From positions 19,869-83,868 of the IMG/VR virus record IMGVR_UViG_3300048606_000166: a DNA stretch of 64,000 nt, one strand, 5' to 3'. Origin of the DNA: a virus. Its lineage: Duplodnaviria; Caudoviricetes. A model generated the notes under the pieces. The model was not told the origin of the DNA. It did not search any database and saw only the letters and a list, made by a program, of their open reading frames with translations. The translations under genes were made by a program, and so were the position numbers. Of this stretch, positions 28,551 to 38,709 are shown piece after piece. Each line of letters begins with the position of its first letter. Within the stretch, counting starts at the first letter, position 1.

Positions 28551-31232
28551 TTACCCCTCGCTGCTCATGCTGACCGGCAGCGAGCTGCGGTCGGCGTTCG
28601 AGCGCCCCATGCTGGCGTTTAGCTCCCCGATCGCGCGGCCATCGACGACGAGCGTCGCTCGCACGATCTGAGGGGCGGAGGACGATACCGGCCCGCCGCC
28701 AGACATGATCGGCTCCGGCGCGCCCGCAGCAGCGGCGACGGCCGGCGCGGTCGCGGGCGTCGGCCCCGCGGGGCTAAAGTTCGGCTGCGGTCCGAGGTCG
28801 TTGAAGTTCGGCGAAAAGGCATCGGCCGCTACGCGATCCGCCTCCGTCACACCGAAGGTCGATCGAAGCGCGTTCTCGGTTACCGGCCGATGAGCGGTCA
28901 GATCGCTCAAGAGCTTCGAGGCGCCGATGTCGACATTGAAGATCCGCATGATGGTGTCGGCGAGACCGACGACCAGCTTCATGACGCTCTCCATGGCCTT
29001 GTAGATGGTGAAAATGACGCCGAAGACGATTTCCTTCATACCGAACCAAGCGCGCGTCCAGTTGTCGAACAAGGCCCCGCCGACGAGGTTACCGATGCCG
29101 CTCAAGATGGTCATGACGCCCACCAGCACATCCCAAAGGCTGTAAGCGACGCCGATGACCGCATTCAGGGCGGCGAGCCCGGTGCCGCTCAAGATCTCGC
29201 CGAACGTCGTCCAGCCGCTCTTCGCACTCTCGACCTCGATGGTCTGCGAGTGAAGCGATTCCTTCAGGTCTTTGAACTGGGTATTGAGCCCCTTCAAGAG
29301 CTCGGTGTCGCCCGTCATGCCCTCCCAAAATTTGTTCCATCCTTTGATGAGGCCGGTGAAAATGTCGGTGAGCGCGGTGATTGTCTTCGTGATGATCTCG
29401 ATGGCGTCGACGATGAGTGCGCCGGCCGTCTTGCCGGCATTGCCCCACTTGTCGAAGGAGTTCTTGGCCGCCGCGTGATCGATCGCCCCCTCGGTCAGGC
29501 CAAGGGCCTCTGCCAGCCTGAAGAATGCGTTCTTCAGGCTCTCGAAGGCGGGCGCAACGCTGCCGATGTTTTCCTTGATGCCGCTGACGACACCCTCGAA
29601 AAAATTCTGGATGCGCGCGACCACGAGAAAGAGGTTGATCGCAAACTTTTTGATCCCCGAGTTGCCCGCTTCGTTGAGCTCGTCGCGCACGGCGCCCGAG
29701 AAGCCGCCGTCGGTAAATAGCTGGACGATGGCGCGAAAGCCGAGCCGAACCTTCGTGAAAACGTTGTGCAGCATGTCGGCAATGCCGCCGACGTTCTGCG
29801 TGTAGGCTTGGCGCAAAGCGTAGAAAATCCCGATCAAGACGCCGATCGTCGCGATGACCGGCAGCATCACGAGCAGGACTTTACCGAACGAAATGGCAAT
29901 GCCGCCGAGGCTGATGCCGAGTAGCATCATGGCGGACTTGACCATGAGAACGGTGCCGACGAGCGACAAGAACGCGCCCGCCCCGAGCACGATCTGACCG
30001 ACGAAGGCCTTGACCGGCTTTGGCACGGCCTGAAGCGCGCGGTTCAGCGAATTGATCCCGCTGACCGCCAGGGAAACGATGGGCTTGAAGACAGCCGCGA
30101 ACGCCTCGCCGCCGAGAATTTGAGCGGTTTCCTTGGCGCCCTTCAAGAGAATGAGCTGGCCCTGGTAGGTGTCGAGAAGAGCGTGCCGGAATTCCTCGGC
30201 CGAGCCCGCCGCGCCGCTCATTTCCTTGCGCATCGCCGCGATCGCGTCGCGGCCCTTCAGCGTCACGTCGATGCCGTTCTTGCTCTGGGTGAAGGAAGCT
30301 TTCTGGATCGATGCGAAGGCGAGAAGCCCTCGAGCACCGAAGGCGTCGACGACGAGGGCATTGCGCTTTTGCTCGGTCCAGTCCTTCGTCTTGTCGATGA
30401 GGTCGCCGGTGATGTCGAGCACCGGGCGCATCTTGCCCGTGAGGTCGTCGAAGATTTTGACGTCTGCGGCGAGCACGGCCTTCTGCGCGCCCGCGTCCGA
30501 GCCGAGCCGCCGCATCGATTCGCGTAGCGCCGTCGCCGAGGAGGACGCGTCGATGTTGCGGTTTCGGAGCAGGCCCATCGTGATGAGGGTGTCGTCGAGA
30601 GTCTGATTGAAGACGCCGGCCGAGGCGGCCGCGGTCGAGAGCCCCGCCTCGAAGTCGCCGAAAGAAAAGTTCGTGAGGTTCGTCGTCTTCACGAGCTTGT
30701 CGACCAGGACCGTTGAATCGCTCGCCGCCATGCCGAACGAGTTGAGCGTGCCGACGACCGCGCCCGCGGCGCCCTCGACGGAAAGCTTGCCGAACGACGC
30801 GCCGGCGAGGTCGAGCACCGGCACCAGGGTGGAGACGGCTTCCTTCGCCGTCTGGCCCGCGGTGGTGAGCGTGTTCAAGCCCTCGACCGCGGCCGTCGGG
30901 GAAAACTCCGTCTTCATGCCAGCTTCGAGCGCCGCATTGCGGAGCATCTCGAGCTCGGCGGTGGTCGCCTTGGTGACGGCGCCGACCGCCGCCAAATTGA
31001 ACTCGAAGGCCGTGAACTTCTCCGCTGCCTTCATGCCGATGGCGAGCGTCGCCGCCCCGGCGCCGAGCGACAAGAGGCCGATCTTGGCCGCCGACAAGCC
31101 GCTCGACGCAGCGGCCCCGGCGAGCCCCCCCGCCTTCTCGAGCTGCTTGAAGTGCCCGGTCATCTTGCCGATTGTGTCCGTCGCCATGTCCTTGGCGGTA
31201 AACACGAGCCCGAGCCCCAGTGAATTGAGCAC
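28551..31232 (-). CDS. Tape measure protein (TP901-like)
   Basis: [26 protein letters not shown], GxxASxxATALR motifs; hydrophobic mid-region. Confidence 0.9.
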   Translation of the reverse strand: MLNSLGLGLVFTAKDMATDTIGKMTGHFKQLEKAGGLAGAAASSGLSAAKIGLLSLGAGAATLAIGMKAAEKFTAFEFNLAAVGAVTKATTAELEMLRNAALEAGMKTEFSPTAAVEGLNTLTTAGQTAKEAVSTLVPVLDLAGASFGKLSVEGAAGAVVGTLNSFGMAASDSTVLVDKLVKTTNLTNFSFGDFEAGLSTAAASAGVFNQTLDDTLITMGLLRNRNIDASSSATALRESMRRLGSDAGAQKAVLAADVKIFDDLTGKMRPVLDITGDLIDKTKDWTEQKRNALVVDAFGARGLLAFASIQKASFTQSKNGIDVTLKGRDAIAAMRKEMSGAAGSAEEFRHALLDTYQGQLILLKGAKETAQILGGEAFAAVFKPIVSLAVSGINSLNRALQAVPKPVKAFVGQIVLGAGAFLSLVGTVLMVKSAMMLLGISLGGIAISFGKVLLVMLPVIATIGVLIGIFYALRQAYTQNVGGIADMLHNVFTKVRLGFRAIVQLFTDGGFSGAVRDELNEAGNSGIKKFAINLFLVVARIQNFFEGVVSGIKENIGSVAPAFESLKNAFFRLAEALGLTEGAIDHAAAKNSFDKWGNAGKTAGALIVDAIEIITKTITALTDIFTGLIKGWNKFWEGMTGDTELLKGLNTQFKDLKESLHSQTIEVESAKSGWTTFGEILSGTGLAALNAVIGVAYSLWDVLVGVMTILSGIGNLVGGALFDNWTRAWFGMKEIVFGVIFTIYKAMESVMKLVVGLADTIMRIFNVDIGASKLLSDLTAHRPVTENALRSTFGVTEADRVAADAFSPNFNDLGPQPNFSPAGPTPATAPAVAAAAGAPEPIMSGGGPVSSSAPQIVRATLVVDGRAIGELNASMGRSNADRSSLPVSMSSEG

Positions 31233-31251
31233 TTCCCCCCTCCCCGCCGGC

Positions 31252-31638
31252 TTAGGTTTTCGCGCCCTTCGCCCTTTGGATGGCCTCGGCCATCTGCCTG
31301 TTCGCGAGCTCCGCCCGCTTGATAAACCACTCTATCTCGTCGCAAGGCATCGCCAAAACTTCGCTCCTCGAGAAGCCGTATCCGCTGCCGCCGTACGTCT
31401 GAAACGTGAGGGTGTGCATCCACTCGAGCAGCGTCTGGCGATGCGCCCAGGGGAAGAGCTGGCGCAGGAAGGCCGCGTGAACGCTTACGCGTCCGCCTCC
31501 CCCTCCCCCTGCGAGGCGGAGCTCGTCGTCGTCTTCGCGTTCGTCTTCCGCTCCTCCGGGACCGTCCCCTCCATCTCCATCTGCTTCTCGGATCGGTCGG
31601 AGCGTTTTCGAGGATCCAAGAAGCTCCTGCCCAAAGGG
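31252..31638 (-). CDS. -1 frame extension of the tail chaperone (GT-like); not in the ORF track
   Basis: Frame opens just before slippery CCCTTTG; encodes ...FLRQLFPWAHRQTLLEW...FSRSEVLAMPCDEIEWFIKR...; no start codon before the conserved-looking part. Confidence 0.65.
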   Translation of the reverse strand, partial: PFGQELLGSSKTLRPIREADGDGGDGPGGAEDEREDDDELRLAGGGGGGRVSVHAAFLRQLFPWAHRQTLLEWMHTLTFQTYGGSGYGFSRSEVLAMPCDEIEWFIKRAELANRQMAEAIQRAKGAKT

Positions 31639-32390
31639 AGGTCAATCTCCTGCAGGTGTTTGCAGTGTGGGCATCGAGCGTCGATCATCGTGTCGTAGCC
31701 GCCCGACTGCGCGTCGAACTGGTCGATGAGGCTGTAGAGATCATCGAGCTCGAGGTCGCGCGCCCACTTCCATGCGCGAATCGGGTCGAGCTGGGTGAGG
31801 CCCTCGACGCTAACGATCATCATCGCGAGCTGATCGATGATGTTCGTCGTGTCGTTCGCGCGCTCCTTACGCCTGACGAGCTGCTTACGGATCTTGGCAT
31901 GGGCAATGTCGTCGCCCATGGTCGTGAGGCGGAACTTGACCGCGCGCCCATCGACAAGCTTGGCCGAGAGTGCCGCACCGCTCTTCAGCGCTTCCAGCGT
32001 CGTCTCCGGTATGGGGTTGGCTTTGTCGAGGATGACTTTCTGCATATCGATGTCGCAGTCGTAGCGCTTCTTGCAGGCCGGGCACTGCGTCGTAAACGTG
32101 TAGAGGTGCCCGTCCCGAAAGGACCCCACCCGCACCTGAAAGAGCGCGCCGATGACGTCGGCCTTGACCATCCGAAGCCAGTCGGGCGTCGTCGTGTCCG
32201 ACGCCGTCATGAAGCTGTACGGGCCCGGGTCGGTGGTCTCGAGCCATACGCCGCTGAGCAGCGGCGCGATGGTCGTGCCGCCGTCGCTGATGGTGGAATC
32301 TTCTTCGATGCGATCCGCCATCGTCTGAAGTTCCGAGCCGCGGAGCTTACGGGCCTGTCCGGAAAAGCCGCTTGGGCAAACGATACGCAT
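31485..32390 (-). CDS. Tail/baseplate-hub assembly chaperone (T4 gp26-like)
   Basis: Two CxxC motifs (CPAC, CPHC); lies between tube and TMP. Confidence 0.75.
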   Translation of the reverse strand: MRIVCPSGFSGQARKLRGSELQTMADRIEEDSTISDGGTTIAPLLSGVWLETTDPGPYSFMTASDTTTPDWLRMVKADVIGALFQVRVGSFRDGHLYTFTTQCPACKKRYDCDIDMQKVILDKANPIPETTLEALKSGAALSAKLVDGRAVKFRLTTMGDDIAHAKIRKQLVRRKERANDTTNIIDQLAMMIVSVEGLTQLDPIRAWKWARDLELDDLYSLIDQFDAQSGGYDTMIDARCPHCKHLQEIDLPLGRSFLDPRKRSDRSEKQMEMEGTVPEERKTNAKTTTSSASQGEGEADA

Positions 32391-32456
32391 GGGGTGTGTC
32401 CTCCGTGCCCGAAGGTACCCCAGCCGCCCGAAAGGACGCCAACCGCGGGGGGTCGG

Positions 32457-32933
32457 CTACTTCTTGTCGATCCGCTCGAACCGCTTGTAAGTGAGCGTCA
32501 TCTCTTCGATGACGTTCTCTTCTGCCCCGGCGTCGAACTCGCCCGCGAAGTACTTCGAGGGCCACGCCTCGAAGAGGTTATAGCGGCGCTTTTCCTTGCC
32601 GTTACGGTCGAGCACGAGGACCGCGACGTTGCGCTTGTACTCGGCATCGGGCTGCCCCGAGTCGGCCGTCGTGTCGATCACCTGCTGGCGCCAGTTGTAG
32701 AGCTCGATGTTGTCCGTCGCGCCGACCGAAAGCGTGACCGGCGTGAACTTCACCCGGCCCGGCGACTGGTCGGCGACGTTGTGGTTGCCCCCTTCGTACT
32801 GCTCGATGACGGTCGACTCGTTCTCGAGCGCTGAGATCTTGAAAAACCACGAGACCTGAAGCCCTGCGATCTCGATCGCGAACAGGAACTTCTTGTCGTA
32901 CCGTCGCGGGTGCCCCTGGACTGTGGTGGTCAT
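32457..32933 (-). CDS. Tail tube protein (T4 gp19-like)
   Basis: PGRVKFTPVTLSVG...YNWRQ...KRNVAVLVLDRNG...EAWPSKY. Confidence 0.92.
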   Translation of the reverse strand: MTTTVQGHPRRYDKKFLFAIEIAGLQVSWFFKISALENESTVIEQYEGGNHNVADQSPGRVKFTPVTLSVGATDNIELYNWRQQVIDTTADSGQPDAEYKRNVAVLVLDRNGKEKRRYNLFEAWPSKYFAGEFDAGAEENVIEEMTLTYKRFERIDKK

Positions 32934-32950
32934 CGCTCCCCTGCTCCTTC

Positions 32951-35194
32951 TTAGGCCGCCAACGCCGCGAGCTCTGCTTCGAGCGCTTCGTTGTCCGGTC
33001 CGATGAGGATGTTGATGAACTCGGCTGGCACCGAAGTCGCGAGACCGACGCGCGCCTTGACCGTGCGCTGCGCCTTGACGGAGGCCGGGTTGAGGCCCTC
33101 GCCGAAGTCGACCGAGAACGCTTCAGAGGGCACCTTCGAGGCGAGCGCGTCGTTCTTGCAGAGCTCCAAGAGAAAGAGCTGCACGGCCATCTTCCCCTCC
33201 TCGTAGAGGCGGTTTTTGATGTTGCGGTGCCGCATGAACGCGAGCCCGGGCCGAAGTCGCTTCTCGACGAACATGACGCCGCGCCGCTGGCCGATGGAGG
33301 GCCAGTTGCCCTGGATGTTGAGGTTGCGCGCGCCGTCGAGGAAGATGGGCAGGCCGTTCTCTTTCGAGATGGGATTGATGTTGTGCGGAAAGATGCGCTC
33401 GCGCACCGGCTTCTTCTTGACCTCGTCGGTCTCGAGCCCGGTCACGTTCTTTGGCAGCACCGAGTCGTCGACGCCGGCCGGCTGCTCGAAGGCGCCGCCC
33501 ACCTTGCGCCCGTCGTTGCGCGCGTAGATGCCCGCGATCATCCCCGACGGCGGGATGGTGATGTTCTTGTCGTTGCCGTAAATGGCCGTCTGAGGGTTGG
33601 CGACCTTGATGCGCGGCCAGTAGATGGCGGCGTTCTCGGTGAGGCCGAAGAGGCCCGCGGTGTCGGTCGTGTACGTGTCCATCTGCTCGCCCGAGTAGCC
33701 CGCCGGCGGATCGAGGACGGCGAAGATGAGCCCCTCGCGCGTGATGTCGCAATAGGTGATCATCCCGTTGTGCACGGCCGAGGTGGCGCGCCCGGGCACA
33801 CAAAGGACATCGATGTCGTCGCTCTGGTCGAAGAGGCGAAGCCCGGTCGAGCCGTTCGACCCTGCGCCCCCCGTAAAGTCCGCGTCGGCCAGGCTCGTGA
33901 GCCCGTCGCTTCCCCCTGTCATGGGGCCGAACGTGCCGACGGCCGGCACATTGCCCGGCGGGTCGACCGTGCTTTCGAGGTCGGTCACCGTGATGAGGTT
34001 CGAGCCGGTCAGGGGGTCGTTGATGACGGTCTCGACGTAGCGCTTGGAAGTCGGGTCGAAGTTCACGCTCGGCCAGCGCTCGGTGGCGACGCCGTTTTTC
34101 AGCACGTTCAGATTGAAGTCGGTCGCCGCGCTCGATGCGGCCGCTGCGATCTGGATGGTGAGCGCGCCCGTGTAGCTGCCGTCGGTCTTGCCGTCGATCG
34201 TGAGCGTGCTTTGGGCGCCCGCGGCCGCGCCCGCGTGCGAGGCGTTGTCGAGCCCGAACTCGTCGTCGGCGGTCGAGGACGCGTTCACCTGCACGGCGCC
34301 GCCAGCTCCTGCCGTCGTGGTCGCGATCCTGAGCCGGCCGCTCGAACTCGTGACCAACGTGCCGACGACCGCCGCCTCGATGATGGCCTTCGCTTCGGCG
34401 AAGGTCACGGCGGCGATCCTGGCGACGTTGCCCGTCCCGTTGACCACGGCCGTCGCGAAGCCGAGCGCGCCGTTGGCCGTGCCGCCCGTCACCTCGACGT
34501 GCGATGCGGTGCCGACGGTCTCGCTCGTGATGCGCGGCGCGTTCGCGTTCACGTCGACGAGCGCCCCCGCGAGGCCGGCGGAGATGACCGCCGCCACCTC
34601 GGCCGCGGTCGCTGCACCGATGGCGACGAAATTGCCCGTCGCGAAGGTGATGGTCTGCACCGCGCCGCCGTCGATCTTGACCGTAAGCGTCTGCCCGTTC
34701 GAAAGCGCGTAGGGGCCCGTGGTCGCTGCCGTCCTCACGGCGGCCGCCGCGTTGAAGGTCGCCGACGCTGGCGCCCCCCCGTTGACCACAACGTCGAGAT
34801 CGTCGCCCGGCATAAGCGCCCATGGGCCGCTCGTCGTGCCCGTCACTTGTCCGCTCGTCGCCCCCGCCGCGGCGGTAAGCAAGGTGAGCGTGCCCGCCGC
34901 GCTCGTTTTGGTCGTAGGATCGGACACGTCCGTGAAATGCACAGTGCGACCGACGAGCAGGCGCGCGCCGCCATTGTCGAAAAAAGACTTCGCGTTCGTG
35001 GCGACGTCGCTGTTCAGCGTGTAGCCGCCGAAGACGGCGCCGTACTCCGTGAAGTCGACGACCATCTGCGCGGTGGTGAGGGGGCCGCGCTCGGTCACGC
35101 CGAGCATCGCGAGCGTGAGAATCGCACCAGCTGGGATGCGGCGAACGACTCGCTGCTCCTGCTGCGTCGTGACTTCGGACGTCAAACCGGGCAT
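32951..35194 (-). CDS. Tail sheath protein with inserted domains
   Basis: ERGP, F..GG, AAIYWPRI, PPSGMIAGIYARND, NINPI, GARNL motifs. Confidence 0.92.
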   Translation of the reverse strand: MPGLTSEVTTQQEQRVVRRIPAGAILTLAMLGVTERGPLTTAQMVVDFTEYGAVFGGYTLNSDVATNAKSFFDNGGARLLVGRTVHFTDVSDPTTKTSAAGTLTLLTAAAGATSGQVTGTTSGPWALMPGDDLDVVVNGGAPASATFNAAAAVRTAATTGPYALSNGQTLTVKIDGGAVQTITFATGNFVAIGAATAAEVAAVISAGLAGALVDVNANAPRITSETVGTASHVEVTGGTANGALGFATAVVNGTGNVARIAAVTFAEAKAIIEAAVVGTLVTSSSGRLRIATTTAGAGGAVQVNASSTADDEFGLDNASHAGAAAGAQSTLTIDGKTDGSYTGALTIQIAAAASSAATDFNLNVLKNGVATERWPSVNFDPTSKRYVETVINDPLTGSNLITVTDLESTVDPPGNVPAVGTFGPMTGGSDGLTSLADADFTGGAGSNGSTGLRLFDQSDDIDVLCVPGRATSAVHNGMITYCDITREGLIFAVLDPPAGYSGEQMDTYTTDTAGLFGLTENAAIYWPRIKVANPQTAIYGNDKNITIPPSGMIAGIYARNDGRKVGGAFEQPAGVDDSVLPKNVTGLETDEVKKKPVRERIFPHNINPISKENGLPIFLDGARNLNIQGNWPSIGQRRGVMFVEKRLRPGLAFMRHRNIKNRLYEEGKMAVQLFLLELCKNDALASKVPSEAFSVDFGEGLNPASVKAQRTVKARVGLATSVPAEFINILIGPDNEALEAELAALAA

Positions 35195-35209
35195 GGGCGC
35201 TCCTTTTGG

Positions 35210-35746
35210 CTACGCGGACTTCGATCGTTTCGCAGGAGCCGCGCTTTCGGCTTGGCTTCGAAGCGCATCCTCCGACGCCGCGCGGGCAGCGCCGGGATCC
35301 GTCGCCTGCGAAGGCGCTTCCTCGCCGCCGATGCCAGCCTTGCGCCGGCGCTTTTCTTCGAGAAACGCCGCCGTTTGCTTGGCCGTCTCGGCGTCCTTCT
35401 TTTCCGCTTCTTGGCGCTTGGCGGCCTGCTTGGCCGTTTGATCGGCGTCGAGCCTCGTGATCTCGATGCTCGCGCGGTTGGCGACGACGTCAGGGCTCAT
35501 CTCGACCGACGCGGGCAAGCCCTCGAGCCGCCCGAGCGCGAGCAGGGTGAAACTCTTCGGAATGCGCTTTTTGCCGCCCTTCACGTGCCGCGTGCCCTCG
35601 ACCCCGTCGTAGCGGATCGAGCCGTGCAGCTCGCGGCTGCAATGGCACTCCTCGTCGCTACAACAAAGGTCGTGCGGAAGGCTTATCGTGAGCGCCGCCC
35701 GCGAGCGGCTCGTGATTGTAACCGAACCTTTGGTCGTGTCCGCCAT
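35210..35746 (-). CDS. Hypothetical protein (Cys/His cluster, charged C-terminus)
   Basis: HDLCCSDEECHC; preceded by the late motif. Confidence 0.7.
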   Translation of the reverse strand: MADTTKGSVTITSRSRAALTISLPHDLCCSDEECHCSRELHGSIRYDGVEGTRHVKGGKKRIPKSFTLLALGRLEGLPASVEMSPDVVANRASIEITRLDADQTAKQAAKRQEAEKKDAETAKQTAAFLEEKRRRKAGIGGEEAPSQATDPGAARAASEDALRSQAESAAPAKRSKSA

Positions 35747-35824
35747 CAGCCGCCCCCCGATTGCCCCACGGCACGACCCTATCAAAGGTGGCACACCGGT
35801 CAAGGTGTGCCGCTCGCTCGCGGC

Positions 35825-37060
35825 TTAGGCTGGTTTCTTGACGATCTCGACCTCGATGGTCTCGGCGGTTTTGCCAATGCTGATGACGCTCTCGCCCGCG
35901 ACGGCTTCCGGCACACCTGGCACACTTTCGGTCGGCACGCCCGGCATCTGCTCGAGCCGAATGCCAACCACCCGAAACTCGCCCGAGAAATATTGGACGT
36001 TGGTCTCGTCGCCGACGGGCTGCACCCGGGCGCCGCCGGCGCCCATCGAGGCGCGCATCTCGTACTCGACATACCCGAGGGACACGTCGCCGTAGCGCCG
36101 CGGCACGCGAAGAACGGTGTTCTTTTTGAAGAAGAGCTTCACCGCTTGGAGCAGGTTCAAGAGCTCGGCGTCGTTGTCGCTCGCGCCGACGATGTTGCCA
36201 ACGAAGTCGACGACGACCGGGGGCCGCGAGGTGATGAACGTGTCCGGCGAGCTCGCCTCGGAGTCTTCGGCGGGGAGTTGCCGCACCTCCTCGCTATCCG
36301 GAAAAGACACCCCTGCGAGCACGATCCCAGGCAACCGCGAGAGGTAGACGATGTTGAGCGAATCGCCCGTCGTGTCGTCGTAATCGGTGTGCGTCGTCCA
36401 CGCGACGTTATCGAGCACCTGCCGCCGGAGCTCGAGCACGAACTGCCCGACCGTCGTCGTCAGATGCCCCTCGACCGAGAGATCGGGGCGCACCGGCGTG
36501 AACGCGCGCGCAAGCGTGCCGAGCTGGTCGTCGATCGGCTCGCCGCTCTGGTCGAGGTTCTGCACCGTCACGTCGTAAGCGCCCGAGGACACGACCAGGT
36601 GCGCGCCCGTGCCCGCCGTCGTCAGCGCGACCACGGCGCCGCCCGGCGACTCCGCGAGCGAGAAGTGCCCCGCGTCGACCGAGACGACGTAGTAAGCCTT
36701 GTCGAGCTTGAGAGGCGCCGGCAGCGTGCCGCTCGTCTTCATCTCGACGCGCCGGCCCGCGGCGAGATGGTGGTTTGGGCGCGCGAAGACGTTGCCGAGG
36801 ACGGTGACCGCCTGCTCGAGCTGGATCGGGTCGAGGATGGGCGACTGGCAGTAAATCAGCTGCTCGCTCCACACCTCGACCTCGAGCGCCGCGGCGTCGC
36901 CGAAGTAGACCGCAACGTCGGGATTTCTCACCGGCACCGGCACGACGCCCGCCGGCGGCTTCGGCGGCAAGGGGAAGTTGCCGCCAGAAATCTCGATGAG
37001 CTGCCGGCCGCCGGTATGGCCGCTCTCGGGCAGAACGCGGGTAACGATCGGCGAGGGCAC
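35825..37060 (-). CDS. IPT/TIG-domain protein, probable tail terminator/neck component
   Basis: VTRVLPESGHTGGRQLIEISGGNF IPT/TIG start; position before the sheath. Confidence 0.7.
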   Translation of the reverse strand: MPSPIVTRVLPESGHTGGRQLIEISGGNFPLPPKPPAGVVPVPVRNPDVAVYFGDAAALEVEVWSEQLIYCQSPILDPIQLEQAVTVLGNVFARPNHHLAAGRRVEMKTSGTLPAPLKLDKAYYVVSVDAGHFSLAESPGGAVVALTTAGTGAHLVVSSGAYDVTVQNLDQSGEPIDDQLGTLARAFTPVRPDLSVEGHLTTTVGQFVLELRRQVLDNVAWTTHTDYDDTTGDSLNIVYLSRLPGIVLAGVSFPDSEEVRQLPAEDSEASSPDTFITSRPPVVVDFVGNIVGASDNDAELLNLLQAVKLFFKKNTVLRVPRRYGDVSLGYVEYEMRASMGAGGARVQPVGDETNVQYFSGEFRVVGIRLEQMPGVPTESVPGVPEAVAGESVISIGKTAETIEVEIVKKPA

Positions 37061-37066
37061 GGCGGC

Positions 37067-37414
37067 TTACGGAGTCGGCGGATTCGGCTTACGGTACCAG
37101 CCGACCCAGAGCGAGCCCCCGCCGACGGCGGAAATGCGCTCGTAGGAGGCATGGTGCCACTGGCCTGCTTTGTAGGGCATGAGCGCGATGCTCGCCGGGT
37201 CGTCTGCCGCACGGCCGGTCACCGTCGTGTCGATGCTGAGCAAAATCGCATCGCAGGGCCCCTCGTCGAGCGCCGCGTCGGCCGGCGTATGCGCGCGAAA
37301 ATACCCGAGCGTCGTGCGCACGTACTGGTTGCCGCGCTTGTCGCCCCAGCTGTAGCCGCGCTCGTCGCCTTCCTTCAAGTCGTCGTCGCCTGCCTTCGGC
37401 ACGCGTTGTCGCAT
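37067..37414 (-). CDS. Hypothetical protein
   Basis: GGAGGGGG SD. Confidence 0.65.
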   Translation of the reverse strand: MRQRVPKAGDDDLKEGDERGYSWGDKRGNQYVRTTLGYFRAHTPADAALDEGPCDAILLSIDTTVTGRAADDPASIALMPYKAGQWHHASYERISAVGGGSLWVGWYRKPNPPTP

Positions 37415-37441
37415 GGTGGCCCCCTCCCCGCGCGGCCCAAT

Positions 37442-38044
37442 CTATCCCAGATGCGGCAGCGAGAGCTTGCGGATGCGCTCGAGCACCCGCTCGCGCACGA
37501 GCGCCGGCGAGGCGTGCTTTTTGAAAATCGGCTCGAGAAAGGGGCGCGCTGGGATCTTGATGCCCATGCCGCCCTTCTTGCTGCCGTCGGGTTTCATACC
37601 GCCCTTGCGCAGCATCGCGAAGAACCACTTGCGCTGCTTCGCGCTCATGGGATGAGGCCCCGAGCCCTTCTCTTGCCGCTTGGCGATGTCGACGAGGTTC
37701 TTGCCCTCGCGGTTGCGCGCGCCGCGCTTCACGCCGACCCACACCCCGCCCGACGGCGCTTGGATGACGACGACGTTGCCGACGAGGTCGCCGCCTCGCA
37801 TCATGATCTTCGTGCCGCCGAAGCCCTGCGCGCGCCGGATCGCGAGCGTCGCTTTACTGTGCGGCTTGAAGGGAACGCCCCCCGGGGCCCCCGAGAGGAT
37901 GCCCTTCACCACCTCGGCGCGCATGTGCTCGCCCTCCTGCAGAACCGCCTGCCGGATGACGCCCCCATACTTGGCCGACAGAAACACCATCGCGCGGCTC
38001 GCCGCATCCCACGAGCCGACCTTGCGCATCATCGTCGTGCTCAT
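37442..38044 (-). CDS. Neck/virion morphogenesis protein (basic)
   Basis: IAxRQEKG...IKIPARPFLEP motif. Confidence 0.7.
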   Translation of the reverse strand: MSTTMMRKVGSWDAASRAMVFLSAKYGGVIRQAVLQEGEHMRAEVVKGILSGAPGGVPFKPHSKATLAIRRAQGFGGTKIMMRGGDLVGNVVVIQAPSGGVWVGVKRGARNREGKNLVDIAKRQEKGSGPHPMSAKQRKWFFAMLRKGGMKPDGSKKGGMGIKIPARPFLEPIFKKHASPALVRERVLERIRKLSLPHLG

Positions 38045-38214
38045 TTGGCCTGCCTCCGCCTCTCGTCGCGCCTCCGTCTCTCGTCGCGCCAGCGCAGGAT
38101 CGCCGGGCCCGTGAGCTTCGCGAGGAGCACGCCGAGCAATTGCGACAGGGCCACGATGGCAATCGCTTCGCACACAACCCCGCAGACGAAGTGCCAGGTG
38201 AGCGGCGGGGTCAT
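38041..38214 (-). CDS. 57-aa single-TM protein; not in the ORF track
   Basis: MTPPLTWHFVCGVVCEAIAIVALSQLLGVLLAKLTGPAILRWRDERRRRDERRRQAK; ATGA overlaps at both ends. Confidence 0.6.
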   Translation of the reverse strand: MTPPLTWHFVCGVVCEAIAIVALSQLLGVLLAKLTGPAILRWRDERRRRDERRRQAK

Positions 38215-38708
38215 GGCGCCTGCGTCAGACCCTGCACGCGGTCGTCGAACGTGACGAGCAAGAGGTTTTTGCGGCCGCCGATGCCGAAGGCGATCGGCCG
38301 CGCCTCGACGCAGTACATGCCCGGCGGATCAGCGAACCGGCGCTCGAGCGCGCCCGTCTTCGTGTAGATGGCGTCGAGCCTGTCGTTCACCCGGAGCTTG
38401 GCGTCGCCGTTCGCGTCGACGAGCCCGAGCACTTCGAGGGCGGAGAAGTGAAAGACGAGCCAGATCTTGCCGTCCGGCATGTTGCCGCCCGGCCCCTGCC
38501 GCTGCTTTTCGACGTTCTCGGTTTCGACCTGGCAAGGAAGGCGGATCTCGGCGAGCTCGCGCCGCGACCCCTTGCGCGCCCCCTCGGGCCCGACGGGCCG
38601 CTGGACGGTCGGCGCTCGGAACCGCTTGTCGTAGCCGACGGCCTCGGTGCCCGCGGTGTCGAGCCGGTAGAGCCCAGCGAGAAACGGGAAGATGAGCCGA
38701 CCGCGCAT
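38211..38708 (-). CDS. Head closure / head-tail joining protein
   Basis: MRGRLIFPFL...RLD; order after the adaptor. Confidence 0.65.
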   Translation of the reverse strand: MRGRLIFPFLAGLYRLDTAGTEAVGYDKRFRAPTVQRPVGPEGARKGSRRELAEIRLPCQVETENVEKQRQGPGGNMPDGKIWLVFHFSALEVLGLVDANGDAKLRVNDRLDAIYTKTGALERRFADPPGMYCVEARPIAFGIGGRKNLLLVTFDDRVQGLTQAP

Positions 38709-38709
38709 G

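Noticed and set aside
33227-38254. 1675-aa plus-strand ORF, and other long antisense ORFs such as 12661-14625 and 18478-20073
   Set aside because: Shadow frames opposite well-supported structural genes in high-GC DNA; Arg/Ala/Gly-rich with no motifs
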